A DNA stretch of 64,000 bases from an uncultured Candidatus Brevefilum sp. (GCA_964497065.1 CAZCBW010000004.1:40207-104206); one strand, 5' to 3'. Shown: positions 19,359 to 28,901, counted from the first letter of the stretch. The notes: generated by a model not told the origin, from the letters alone. Numbers and translations are program-made.

Positions 19359-22300
19359 ATGGGTACGAAAAGAATTATGTTTAAGTCGCTGGGTGTGTTG
19401 ATGGCACTGGCGATACTGATGGTGGCACTACCGGTTTTAACGGTTCAGGCACAGACAACTCGATATGTTGATCTGAATTATGGATCAAATACACCTGGTT
19501 GGGAAACAACCCACTTTGCCACAATCCAGAGTGCGATTGATGCTGCCAGTTCTGGTGACACGATTACTGTTGCTGCAGGAACTTATACTGAAGATGTGAC
19601 TGTTAATAAGCCCATAACTTTGGTTGGTGCAGGGAGAGATGATGTCACCATTCAAGGTGTAGGCACCGGAGAATCAGCTGCTCTGGTAATTGCTGCGGAC
19701 GATGTGACGTTTGAAGGTTTCACGATCCAAGGAGCAGCAGGAGGAAGAAAAACCGTACGTGTGACCACGGCGACGATAAACCTCGAGTTTTTGAACAACA
19801 AAGTTGTCACGGCTGATAACTCGGGTGAAGACAATGCCTGGAGTGGGTTTGAAACCACAGGCACCCAAACGGATCACATAATTAATGGGAATATTTTTAT
19901 TGGCAATAAAACTGCACAGTTGATTTATTTCAATCCAAATACCGTTGGGCTCACATTTACCAACAATACTATTGAAGGCACAGTGCGGCCAAATGGTTTG
20001 GTGGCTGGTTTTGAGGGGTTGGATGGTACCCAGAACATCAGTGGGAACACCTTTGATATCGAATCGGATTATGCGGTTCTTGAGCTTTTTGGAACTTTTG
20101 ATGGTGAAGCGATATTTGCTGCAAACACCTTCCCAGATGGCTACGTATTAATCGTCAATAAGGTTGTAAAAGCACCTCCTGTTTATAATGTTACACAAGG
20201 AACTTACTTTGACACCATCCAGAGTGCGATTGATGCTGCCAGTTCTGGTGACACGATCGAGGTGGCACCAGGGACATACGATGAAGATATTAATATCAAT
20301 AAATCCTTGACATTAAAAAGTGAATCAGGAGCTGATAATACATTAATTCGTGGTCAAAAGGGTGGTAATAATGCTACGATTCGAGTTTCTGCAAATGATG
20401 TAATAATTGATGGGTTTACCATAACAAGAGTTGGAAATAATCTTGCGGAGTGGAATGATTCGAGTTTAAAGACTGCTGGTATCGCGATTATTAATCGTTC
20501 GAATTCTGGATTATTAATCAAAAATAATATCATCATAGGGAATCGAACAGGGATAGATGTAAACAACACTTCCTATGTGACTATACAAAATAATGAGATC
20601 ATTGACAATCGCACAGGTTTATTATTCCGGAATGAAACCAATTATTTAACGGTTATTAATAATGAAATTACAGATAACTGGACAATTGGTATCCTGTTCT
20701 TGGATATGGGTGGCACTCCTCCCCAAACAGCTCATAACAGTGTGTTTAATAATAATAATCTTAGTGGCAATTGGTATGGTCAAGTTGAAGATAGACAACT
20801 TCCAGATGCTGAAGAAACAAATTTCAAAGATTTTTCATCGAATTGGTGGGGATCAACAAATTTGACAATTACCTCTGAGCCTGCAGGTGAACCGGGTTAT
20901 GCTGATCTAATACCAGTTAAATATGGTGGTACAGCAACCCCACCTGATTTTGCACCTGCCATTGTTGGAATCGCATCAAGCAATATCTTGTTTTGTCCTG
21001 TTCTTGATGCTCCACCGCCAGTTGGTGAGGTTTATTATTCAGTAGAAAATGCCGACACCGGTGAAAAATTCTGTACCATTCAAACTGGAATTGATGCTGC
21101 CAGCGTTGGTGAGACTTTAATTGTTTCACCTGGAACATATAATGAACTATTGATAGTTGACAAACCACTCACACTTCTTGGTCCAAATGCAGGAATTCAT
21201 GGCACTTCAGATCGCACCTCTGAAGCTGAGATTATTGGGCCATCGAATATGTGGTTATCTATATATGTTTCATCTGAAAATGTTGTAATTGATGGCTTTA
21301 CCATCAATGGTATAAATCTCGACCCTGGAAATTACTATACGGTAGGCTTATATAGTGTTGCGGGAGACTTTATATTAAAGAATAATATCTTCACGAACAA
21401 TAATGGCATGTCAATTCTTACTTCAGGAGGCTCATATGCTTCAGGGAATTCAATTTCCGGAGTAATGATCATTGATAATTTAATAACTAATGAGTATCCA
21501 AGTGATGACCCCTACAATTTTGGCATATATCTTCAAAGTACCCTTGCTTCTGTTACAGGCAATTTTGTCGAAAATATGCGAAGTGGTATACAGATACAAC
21601 CTTATAATATCCCTGGATATGGGTTAGTTGAAAATAACACCTTTTTAGCATATGCAAGGCCTCTATGGTTTAATTATGCAGTTCATGTGGACTCGAATTG
21701 GGAAATTAAAAACAATTTGATTTCTGGGATTGCTACACCTAGCTCTATCGAAGAACGACCATTTAATGCGATCCGAGTTGAAACATTCTACAATGGAAAT
21801 GTTTCCTTTACCCAAAACAGGGTGTTGTTCGGTGAAGCAAACTCTACAGAGCAAAATTTGTATCGGGAAAACAATGTTACTAATGGTATTAGTAACGCCT
21901 CACCAAACTGGTGGGGGAACATTGCTGGTCCAAAAGAAGCATTTGTAACACTCAAAGATACCTCATATATCCCCTGGTGCGGTGACCCCGAGTGCTCGTT
22001 CCTGGTTTACCCCAACGAAAAAGGCGAACTCGTGCTCGAAGGTACTATCAACCTTGACGGCGGTGTAAAGGTCGACGTGGACGGCGTCACGATCCTGGTA
22101 AAGGACGGTACGATCATTAAAAATGTGTCACCTTGCTTTGAAGTCACAGCGAACAACGTCACCATCCTCGGCGAGTCTGAGGGCGGCGCAACCTGTGTAC
22201 CAACCGGCACTTCCGCAGGCGTCGAAGTAGCTGACGGCGTTGAGACTTTGACTGTTAAAGGGCTGCATTTTGACGGCTCTGAGACATCCGGCCCGGCGAT

Positions 22301-24272
22301 CCATTTTGCTGGCAATGTTCAAGACATCCAGGTCCTCGATAACCTGTTTGAGGCTTTCTCACCTTCTGCGCTGGTGTTTGACGGTGCGGTAGATAAGCAC
22401 TTCATCCAGGGTAATCTCTTCTTGAATGTTGGTGCCCCGGCGATAATCTCAACAACCGAAATTAGCGCAGCTTACAACAGCTGGGGTGTCAATGAAGCGC
22501 CTGTAATCTCTGGTGTAACCACAACGCCTTTTACCCATGTAGATCTGTGGGTTTTGCCTGTAACAACGCAGGTGCTCCAGGGGGAAGATATCACCTTCAC
22601 CGTCATGGCAGATATGCAAAATATTGCAGGTGCTGAATTTGATCTCATTTATCCCACTGATCTCTTGACATTTAGTGGGTTTAGTGATGTTACCGTAGAA
22701 TTCATGGGCATAATTACTGGTGATGACCCGGAAACCCAAGCGGATTTGCTTACCCATTCACTAGGCGTAATTTCATTCCGTGGAACCTACGATTTCACCG
22801 ATAGTGAGGCCGGCCCTGTCTCAGGTGAAGATCTGGTCTTGTTCCGGGCAACCTTTACAGCATCCGAAACGCTGACCAGATTTGATACTCTTGGTTTGGT
22901 TGAGCTGCCCCAGGGATTTGCCATGAGCCCGGATATCGAACATGCCACCAATTATGTCTACCCGCTCCTCGCTGAAGATGTTGCGGTTAGCGTGGTGGCA
23001 CCGCCGGTGATCACCTCGGAGGATATTGAGGGCTACTACCTGGTCGATGAACTTCGGGAATTCAAGGTCAAAATGACCAACCCTGCGGAGGGCGGTACCT
23101 ATGAGCTCGTCCTGTTCCGCTTCGAAGTTGAGGCAGTAGATGGGGACATTACCCTGTTCCAGTACAAAGCTGATGAAAACTGGCTGAACATGCCTCTGGA
23201 CTGTGTGGGCGGTACCTGTGTGGGTTATTATGGGTCAGAGACTGGCTTCCCGCTTGGGACGAATTATGAAAGCGAAACCACGTTCCGGATCCAGTTTGCA
23301 AAATCAGGCGCCTACCCGGTGGTTATCACACTGGAAGATCTGAATGCTGACAACCACCTGCTGGCTTCATTAGAAGCTGAACCCCAGGTATATGCTGTTC
23401 CGGTCATTAGCTCGGACGATCTGGCAGGGCCTTATGTGGTCGACATTACCCAGGAATTCAAAGTGGCCATGACCAACCCTGCGGACGGCGGTACCTATGA
23501 ATATGTTCTGTTCCACTTCGAGGTTAAAGCCGAGGATGGGGACATTGCGGTCTTCCAATACAAAGCCGGAGAAAACTGGCTCGACATGCCGTTGACCTGT
23601 GTTTCAGGTACCTGTGTGGGGTATTACGGCCCTTCAGGTGGATTTAAGATTGAACCAAACTATTTTGCTGAAACCACCTTCCGGGTTCAGTTTGCGGAAA
23701 CGGGTACCTACCCGGTTGACGTGACACTGGTGGATCTGGATATGGATGAGCGTGTTCTGGCTGAATTTGATGACGACGCCATCGTCATCGACAGTGAACA
23801 GCTGGTCGGCCGGGTGATGATGCAGGGCCGTTATGAACGCGGCGGCGTCCTGTTCACGTTGACCCGAGAAGATACTGGCTTCGTCACGACAGCGTTCTCG
23901 TTGAGCCAACTTGGTCAACACAACGTTTTCATTGATGATGTAGCTGAGGGGTTGACATATTCCGTAACAGTCTCACAAGACCGCTACCTTGATGTGCATT
24001 TGGCCTTGGATAAAGTAATTACCTTGTCTAATGGCCAGTTTATCCTGCCTGATCTGTACCTGTATGCCGGCGATGTTACCAATACGAACGAGGTTGATAT
24101 TGGCGATGCAGCGCTGGTCGGTGCCCAATATGGTCTAACCGGTGCGGCAATCAGCCTTGAAGGCGATGCCAATTTCGACGGCCGGGTCAACATTCAAGAC
24201 CTGGCTCTGGTCGGCGGGAACTTCCGCATGACCTCGGGATCAGCCTACAGTACATGGTTATTAGCTGACTAG
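19359..24272 (+). CDS. 1637-aa secreted multidomain protein: parallel beta-helix modules, cohesin, two 132-aa repeats, carboxypeptidase-regulatory-like domain, C-terminal dockerin
   Basis: Signal peptide (VQA/Q). Three TIQ.AIDAA..GDTI.V..GTY.E module starts. Cohesin-like VLQGEDITFTV...IAGAEFDLIYPTDLL...VLFRATFTA. Duplicated Ca-loop GDVTNTNEVDIGD / GDANFDGRVNIQD. Confidence 0.85.
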   Translation: MGTKRIMFKSLGVLMALAILMVALPVLTVQAQTTRYVDLNYGSNTPGWETTHFATIQSAIDAASSGDTITVAAGTYTEDVTVNKPITLVGAGRDDVTIQGVGTGESAALVIAADDVTFEGFTIQGAAGGRKTVRVTTATINLEFLNNKVVTADNSGEDNAWSGFETTGTQTDHIINGNIFIGNKTAQLIYFNPNTVGLTFTNNTIEGTVRPNGLVAGFEGLDGTQNISGNTFDIESDYAVLELFGTFDGEAIFAANTFPDGYVLIVNKVVKAPPVYNVTQGTYFDTIQSAIDAASSGDTIEVAPGTYDEDININKSLTLKSESGADNTLIRGQKGGNNATIRVSANDVIIDGFTITRVGNNLAEWNDSSLKTAGIAIINRSNSGLLIKNNIIIGNRTGIDVNNTSYVTIQNNEIIDNRTGLLFRNETNYLTVINNEITDNWTIGILFLDMGGTPPQTAHNSVFNNNNLSGNWYGQVEDRQLPDAEETNFKDFSSNWWGSTNLTITSEPAGEPGYADLIPVKYGGTATPPDFAPAIVGIASSNILFCPVLDAPPPVGEVYYSVENADTGEKFCTIQTGIDAASVGETLIVSPGTYNELLIVDKPLTLLGPNAGIHGTSDRTSEAEIIGPSNMWLSIYVSSENVVIDGFTINGINLDPGNYYTVGLYSVAGDFILKNNIFTNNNGMSILTSGGSYASGNSISGVMIIDNLITNEYPSDDPYNFGIYLQSTLASVTGNFVENMRSGIQIQPYNIPGYGLVENNTFLAYARPLWFNYAVHVDSNWEIKNNLISGIATPSSIEERPFNAIRVETFYNGNVSFTQNRVLFGEANSTEQNLYRENNVTNGISNASPNWWGNIAGPKEAFVTLKDTSYIPWCGDPECSFLVYPNEKGELVLEGTINLDGGVKVDVDGVTILVKDGTIIKNVSPCFEVTANNVTILGESEGGATCVPTGTSAGVEVADGVETLTVKGLHFDGSETSGPAIHFAGNVQDIQVLDNLFEAFSPSALVFDGAVDKHFIQGNLFLNVGAPAIISTTEISAAYNSWGVNEAPVISGVTTTPFTHVDLWVLPVTTQVLQGEDITFTVMADMQNIAGAEFDLIYPTDLLTFSGFSDVTVEFMGIITGDDPETQADLLTHSLGVISFRGTYDFTDSEAGPVSGEDLVLFRATFTASETLTRFDTLGLVELPQGFAMSPDIEHATNYVYPLLAEDVAVSVVAPPVITSEDIEGYYLVDELREFKVKMTNPAEGGTYELVLFRFEVEAVDGDITLFQYKADENWLNMPLDCVGGTCVGYYGSETGFPLGTNYESETTFRIQFAKSGAYPVVITLEDLNADNHLLASLEAEPQVYAVPVISSDDLAGPYVVDITQEFKVAMTNPADGGTYEYVLFHFEVKAEDGDIAVFQYKAGENWLDMPLTCVSGTCVGYYGPSGGFKIEPNYFAETTFRVQFAETGTYPVDVTLVDLDMDERVLAEFDDDAIVIDSEQLVGRVMMQGRYERGGVLFTLTREDTGFVTTAFSLSQLGQHNVFIDDVAEGLTYSVTVSQDRYLDVHLALDKVITLSNGQFILPDLYLYAGDVTNTNEVDIGDAALVGAQYGLTGAAISLEGDANFDGRVNIQDLALVGGNFRMTSGSAYSTWLLAD
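19524..20257 (+). repeat. Exact 41-bp direct repeat pair at starts of beta-helix modules 1 and 2
   Basis: ATCCAGAGTGCGATTGATGCTGCCAGTTCTGGTGACACGAT occurs at 19524-19564 and 20217-20257. Confidence 0.95.
22993..23790 (+). repeat. Tandem intragenic duplication, 396-nt (132-aa) period
   Basis: ATGACCAACCCTGCGGA(G/C)GGCGGTACCTATGA at 23073 and 23469. Protein repeat EFKV.MTNPA.GGTYE.VLF.FEV.A.DGDI..FQYKA.ENWL.MPL.CV.GTCVGYYG. Confidence 0.92.
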
Positions 24273-24289
24273 AGAATTATTAACGTCCA

Positions 24290-24316
24290 GCAGGCCGGCC
24301 TTTATGGCCGGCCTGC
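24290..24316 (+). terminator. 11-bp perfect hairpin after the giant protein gene (no U-tract; attenuator or stabiliser?)
   Basis: GCAGGCCGGCC-TTTAT-GGCCGGCCTGC followed by AAAC rather than poly-T. Confidence 0.5.
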
Positions 24317-24405
24317 AAACCTATTTAATGATTAAGTTATGCTGCAAAATGAGCTGCCCCATGAAGGATGATCTGGCCCATGATGCAGTTGAGAATATTA
24401 CCGGG

Positions 24406-25389
24406 ATGGCATTATTGATCAATTATCGTATTTATCTTTTATTGGGGCTGCTGTTGCTGATGGTGATTCCCGAAGCTTCGGTGCAGGCTGCCGATTCGGC
24501 CCTGTTGTGGATAGACCCACCCTCCCAGAGCTTGCCGGCCGGGAACCAGGCGCAGGTGGTGATCGCCATCCGCAATGCGGAAGAGGTGAATGCCTTTGAT
24601 GTGCTGATCACCTATGACTCCGCGATTTTGGGGTTGTTCTCCTGGTCACACGGCGGGTTTTTTCAAAACCTGTCCTGCCTGGACCAATCTATCCAGCCTG
24701 GGCGTATCCAGCTGGCCTGCACCCAGGTGGCGCGGCCGGCCGTCAGCGGAGATGGTGTGCTGCTGACATTGGTATTTGACGCATTGGCGGGCGGCACATC
24801 CCAGGTGCGGATTGCAGAAGGGGTGTTTGCCAACCGGCTTGGTGTCAAGTCCTTCCCAGAACGGCAGCATGGGTCGGTGCAGGTACAGAGCCTGCCTACC
24901 TTCACCCACACACCGACATCAACTCCGACACAAACACCGACGCGCACGCCCACACCGACAATGACGGCTACCCGCACCCCGACTTCCACACTCCAGGTAA
25001 CCAGCGGGCTGCCACAGGCTGCGACAGCAGGCAAGTCGACAGCGGTGGTTGGGGCACAGCCCACCCGTGTTCGTCCTGGCGAGACTCAGCCAGCCTGGGG
25101 TATCCCTGAAAGCCAGTTTGAGCAGGGGTACCCGATTGAGGGAGATCAGGGTTTGGCAGCGGATGTTCAGGCAGCCACGGCTTATCCCGCCAGCGAGGGG
25201 GATGCAGAACCGCCAAACTTTGAACCGGCTGTTCAGAATGAGGCGGCAGTTGAAACGCCTTCGGAGGGGGCAGGTATTATGGAATTTTTATTGTGGGGGC
25301 TGCTGACCGGCAGCGGTGTTGGGTTATTTGGTTTGATCGGACTTTACTGGTTTAGAAGAAATAGAAAAAGTGAGGACATATTGTTATGA
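24406..25389 (+). CDS. Cohesin-domain protein with Pro/Thr linker and C-terminal TM anchor
   Basis: Signal peptide (VQA/A); LWIDP...VVIAIRNAEEVNAFDVLITYDSAIL...VSGDGVLLTLVFDA..G.S cohesin; TPTPT linker; TM followed by RRNRK. Start codon uncertain (the ORF track starts at 24304). Confidence 0.82.
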   Translation: MALLINYRIYLLLGLLLLMVIPEASVQAADSALLWIDPPSQSLPAGNQAQVVIAIRNAEEVNAFDVLITYDSAILGLFSWSHGGFFQNLSCLDQSIQPGRIQLACTQVARPAVSGDGVLLTLVFDALAGGTSQVRIAEGVFANRLGVKSFPERQHGSVQVQSLPTFTHTPTSTPTQTPTRTPTPTMTATRTPTSTLQVTSGLPQAATAGKSTAVVGAQPTRVRPGETQPAWGIPESQFEQGYPIEGDQGLAADVQAATAYPASEGDAEPPNFEPAVQNEAAVETPSEGAGIMEFLLWGLLTGSGVGLFGLIGLYWFRRNRKSEDILL

Positions 25390-26207
25390 AAGTCAATATG
25401 ATGTTTTATTGGTTGTGTTTGGGTGTGATCATCTGTTTTGCTTCGATGCCTGTGTCTGCACAGGCAGTGGGCGAAGCACAAATCGGTTTCTTCGAAGAGA
25501 TCATAATTGCGCCGGGGAGCAAGGTGGAAGTGCCCGTTGAAATTCGGGGGGTGGAAGATCTTTATGCGGTTGATATTACAGTCCGTTTTGATCCATCAGT
25601 GATCCAGGCGGTGGATGCTGATCCGTCCAAGGACGGCATCCAGCCCGGTCTGGGTACCTTTTTAGACGCCGGATTGGTCTTATTCAACGAAGTGGATAAC
25701 GAAGAAGGGGTGATCCGTTTCGTAATGACGCAAGTCAATCCGGCTGAACCGAAGTCGGGTGACGGCGTGCTGATGGTACTGTATTTTGAAAGCAATCTAT
25801 CAGGGGAATCTGTGCTGGCCATTGAGTCGGTTGATCTAGCCATGCGCACAGGCGAAGCTATTGCGGTGGAACCGGTTGAAGGCCGACTGCTGGTGGAAGC
25901 CGGCGCGCCGCAGCGCGAGGGCACCCCGATCCCGGTGCAGGACCCGACACTGATTATCGTCATCCCAACGTTGACTCCGACCCCGACTCCGACCGAGATA
26001 CCGCCTACACCAACCTCGACGGTCCCGCCTGGTGAGCTCGATGAGGTGCAGGAAAATGGCGAAGTTGGATTAGAGATCATCAATCAGGAGGATGAAGCAA
26101 TCCAGGCAGGCTACACGATCCTTGATTATTGGTGGGCAGTTGTTCTGGTTGTTCTGTTGGTGATCGGGTTGGCTGTGTATTTATTCAAGACCAAAAAGAT
26201 TGTTTAG
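25386..26207 (+). CDS. Cohesin-domain protein with Pro/Thr linker and C-terminal TM anchor
   Basis: PGSKVEVPVEIRGVEDLYAVDITVRFDPSVIQ...SGDGVLMVLYF; PTLTPTPTPT; WWAVVLVVLLVIGLAVYLF-KTKK. Confidence 0.85.
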   Translation: MKVNMMFYWLCLGVIICFASMPVSAQAVGEAQIGFFEEIIIAPGSKVEVPVEIRGVEDLYAVDITVRFDPSVIQAVDADPSKDGIQPGLGTFLDAGLVLFNEVDNEEGVIRFVMTQVNPAEPKSGDGVLMVLYFESNLSGESVLAIESVDLAMRTGEAIAVEPVEGRLLVEAGAPQREGTPIPVQDPTLIIVIPTLTPTPTPTEIPPTPTSTVPPGELDEVQENGEVGLEIINQEDEAIQAGYTILDYWWAVVLVVLLVIGLAVYLFKTKKIV

Positions 26208-26227
26208 GGAGAAAAAGGAAAAAAATC

Positions 26228-27427
26228 ATGAAACGATATATGTTGATAATTATGACCGTTATCTCATTGGCACTGGCCGGTTTGATGCTTGGCACAACGA
26301 CGCCGGCTTATTCAGAACCTGCACCTACCCAGCTGCTTGTCTCGCCGGAAACCTCCGTTTCCACTACCTGTGCGCCTCATACAATAGCCATTGCTGTGGA
26401 AAATGTGGAATCGCTGGCCGGGCATGAGCTTAAAATCAAGTTTAACCCATCGGTGGTAGCGATCATCAGTGTTGAAAATGGAGATTTTCTTTCTAACCCT
26501 GAAGAACAACTGCTTTACTCACCCGCCAATAATGACGGGGAGTGGAATGATGATGGTTATATCATTTTTGGCCTGGTACAGCAGGGGGAGGATGGCAACC
26601 CAGAACCACGCTCAGGCACCGGTACCCTGGTTGAGATTACGATGCAAGCATTGGCACCTGATCTGACAACAAATTTTGATATTGACACAGAAGCAACCCA
26701 ACTGATCTGGTGGGGGGAGGATGGAAGCCCGACAGAGCCTGGCGATCCTTTGGATGGGTCATTGATCGAATATACAGCCAGTCATGGTGTGGTTCATACA
26801 GATATCTGCCCGCCTCTTGCCCAAGATCAGGTTGTTAACACACTGATTGATTCCTCGGTGGCCATTGAGTTGACGGGTACAGATTTTGAAGGATTACCAC
26901 TGGATTATTATCTTGTGCCGCCTTATCCGCAATTTGGCACCTTATCCGGGGGCCCGCTGCCTGGCTTGATCTATACACCACTGCCGGATTTTATTGGCAC
27001 AGATTCTTTCAGTTTTGTTGTGTATAACGGTCGGTATTTCAGCCAACCTGCAACGGTGACGATCAATGTTCGGGAACCGGTGGCGATGCCAGAGGAAATT
27101 GTCCTTTCGAATAACACTATCCTGGAAGGTGAGCCGATCGCTACGGAAATTGGCACCTTCAGCACCCTGCCTGATGATGGGGTGGATTACGTCTACACGC
27201 TGGTAGCAGGTGGGGACGATGATGATAATGCCTCCTTTACGATCGATGGGAATCAATTATTGTCCGCGGAAGTGTTTGACAGCACACTCCAGTCGTTCTA
27301 TACCATCCGCGTGCGGTGTGAAGACCCGGGTGATGGCTCCCGGTATCTTGAAAAAGTTTTCACAATCGAGGTAGAGCCGGAATCTGAATTTCCTTTTAAA
27401 TATTACCTGCCCCTGATCACGCGGTAA
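26228..27427 (+). CDS. Secreted cohesin + Ig-like (Big_9/tandem-95-type) + cadherin-like protein with C-terminal YYLPLI motif
   Basis: IAIAVENVESLAGHELKIKFNPSVV...SGTGTLVEITM (cohesin); GTLSG...LIYTPLPDFIGTDSFSFVV...ATVTINV (Ig); IVLSNNTILE...IGTF...YTLVAG.DDDDNASFTIDGNQL (cadherin); ends KYYLPLITR. Confidence 0.83.
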   Translation: MKRYMLIIMTVISLALAGLMLGTTTPAYSEPAPTQLLVSPETSVSTTCAPHTIAIAVENVESLAGHELKIKFNPSVVAIISVENGDFLSNPEEQLLYSPANNDGEWNDDGYIIFGLVQQGEDGNPEPRSGTGTLVEITMQALAPDLTTNFDIDTEATQLIWWGEDGSPTEPGDPLDGSLIEYTASHGVVHTDICPPLAQDQVVNTLIDSSVAIELTGTDFEGLPLDYYLVPPYPQFGTLSGGPLPGLIYTPLPDFIGTDSFSFVVYNGRYFSQPATVTINVREPVAMPEEIVLSNNTILEGEPIATEIGTFSTLPDDGVDYVYTLVAGGDDDDNASFTIDGNQLLSAEVFDSTLQSFYTIRVRCEDPGDGSRYLEKVFTIEVEPESEFPFKYYLPLITR

Positions 27428-27668
27428 GCGTGACTCATTACCCAGTAAGTCTGCCGCTGCCCTGGACTCAGGGGCAGTTGCAGTTTAAGTATCGAGAGCA
27501 GGGTGTGTGTGTGTGTCCACCATTTTATCCTGGTGCGCAGGCAAGTACTGCGCACCCTACATAACTGATTCCTTGTCTCCTAATTGCCTGGTACCTAATT
27601 ACCTACTCACCCTTCACCCTCTCCTCAAAATCTGGTATCCTAAAATCAGGCATACAACACAAAGGAGC

Positions 27669-28796
27669 ATGATGAATAAAAGAATTGGCGTCCTGACGGG
27701 CGGGGGCGATGCCCCGGGCCTCAATGCAGCCATCCGGGCGGTGGTGCATACGTCGATCGGCGTTTATCAGAATGAAGTTTTCGGCATCCGGCACGGCTAC
27801 GGCGGCCTGCTGGAGGATGAGGGCGTCTTCCCGTTGGATTATAAGGCTGTGCAGGGTATTCTGCCCAAGGGCGGGACGATCCTCGGCGCGGCCAGCGGCG
27901 GCAACCCCTTTGCGATCGAGTTTGAGGAGGGCGGCAAAACGATCACCCGGGATGCCTCCAAAGACGTGATAAATCGGATTGGTGAACTGGGTCTGGATAT
28001 GATCGTGGCCATCGGCGGGGACGGCACCATGGCGATTGCCCAGGAGCTGATCGATAGAGGTGCCCCGATGGTGGGCATCCCCAAGACGATCGACAACGAT
28101 GTGATGGGTACCGAGATGACGATCGGGTTTGATACGGCTGTGGGAATCGCCTCCGATGCGCTGGACCGGCTGCATACAACGGCCGCCTCCCACCACCGGG
28201 CGATGGTGCTCGAGCTGATGGGGCGCTACGCGGGGTTTATCACGCTCGTGGCCGGTATCTCGGGCGGGGCGGATGTGATCCTTATTCCGGAAATTCCCTT
28301 CCGGTACGAGGCGGTCTGTAAAAAGATACAGGCGCGCATCGAGCAGGGCACCCATTTCAGTCTGCTGGCTGTGTCAGAAGGTGCGCACCCGGTGGATGAA
28401 GGTCGGGTCTACCAGGAGGTAGACAGAGTGGGCGGCGCATCGCCGCGTTTGGGGGGGATCGGCGCGCAGATGGTGGATTATCTTGAGTCTGAGTGCGGCG
28501 TCCAATCGCGGGTGACGGTGCTTGGGCATTTGCAGCGCGGCGGAACGCCCTCACCTTATGACCGCTGGCTGGCATCACAGTTTGGCACGGTGGCGGCCAG
28601 GCTGGCAGACGAAGGCAAAGAAGGACGGATGGCCGCCCTTCAGCACGGTCAGGTGGTGGATGTGGATATGAAGGAGGCTTTCGCCGGCGCACGCCAGGTG
28701 GATGTAGATGGGATCGGTGTGCAGACAGCACGGGGCCTGGGCATCAGCATGGGTGATCGCTACGACCCGGTCTTTGAAATGGAAGAGTTGGTGTAA
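27669..28796 (+). CDS. pfkA: 6-phosphofructokinase (group III type, GGDG/PKTIDND; probably ATP-dependent)
   Basis: GVLTGGGDAPGLN, GGTILG, IGGDGT, PKTIDND, GFDTA, ELMGR and LGHLQRGG motifs; AGGAG RBS. Confidence 0.92.
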   Translation: MMNKRIGVLTGGGDAPGLNAAIRAVVHTSIGVYQNEVFGIRHGYGGLLEDEGVFPLDYKAVQGILPKGGTILGAASGGNPFAIEFEEGGKTITRDASKDVINRIGELGLDMIVAIGGDGTMAIAQELIDRGAPMVGIPKTIDNDVMGTEMTIGFDTAVGIASDALDRLHTTAASHHRAMVLELMGRYAGFITLVAGISGGADVILIPEIPFRYEAVCKKIQARIEQGTHFSLLAVSEGAHPVDEGRVYQEVDRVGGASPRLGGIGAQMVDYLESECGVQSRVTVLGHLQRGGTPSPYDRWLASQFGTVAARLADEGKEGRMAALQHGQVVDVDMKEAFAGARQVDVDGIGVQTARGLGISMGDRYDPVFEMEELV

Positions 28797-28901
28797 AAAA
28801 TATTCATAGGCAACCTATTAAAGTCGTTTCCATGCCGTACGAGAACTGTCGTAATTGCAGTTTTGTATTTATTTCTCATTGTCCTAGTTACATAGTGCAT
28901 G

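Noticed and set aside
19042-19401. 119-aa ORF upstream of the giant protein
   Set aside because: No recognisable motif; it overlaps the structured leader and the true start in another frame.
27669-28796. pfkA as a recent horizontal acquisition because it looks GC-rich
   Set aside because: The impression is by eye only, with no mobility signatures; it would need computed codon usage and a phylogeny.
28851-28891. Possible seventh MITE relic (GTAATTGCAG...TTTCTCAT...CTAGTTAC)
   Set aside because: The ends only loosely match, and the flanks (GAACTGTC / ATAGTGCA) show no duplication.
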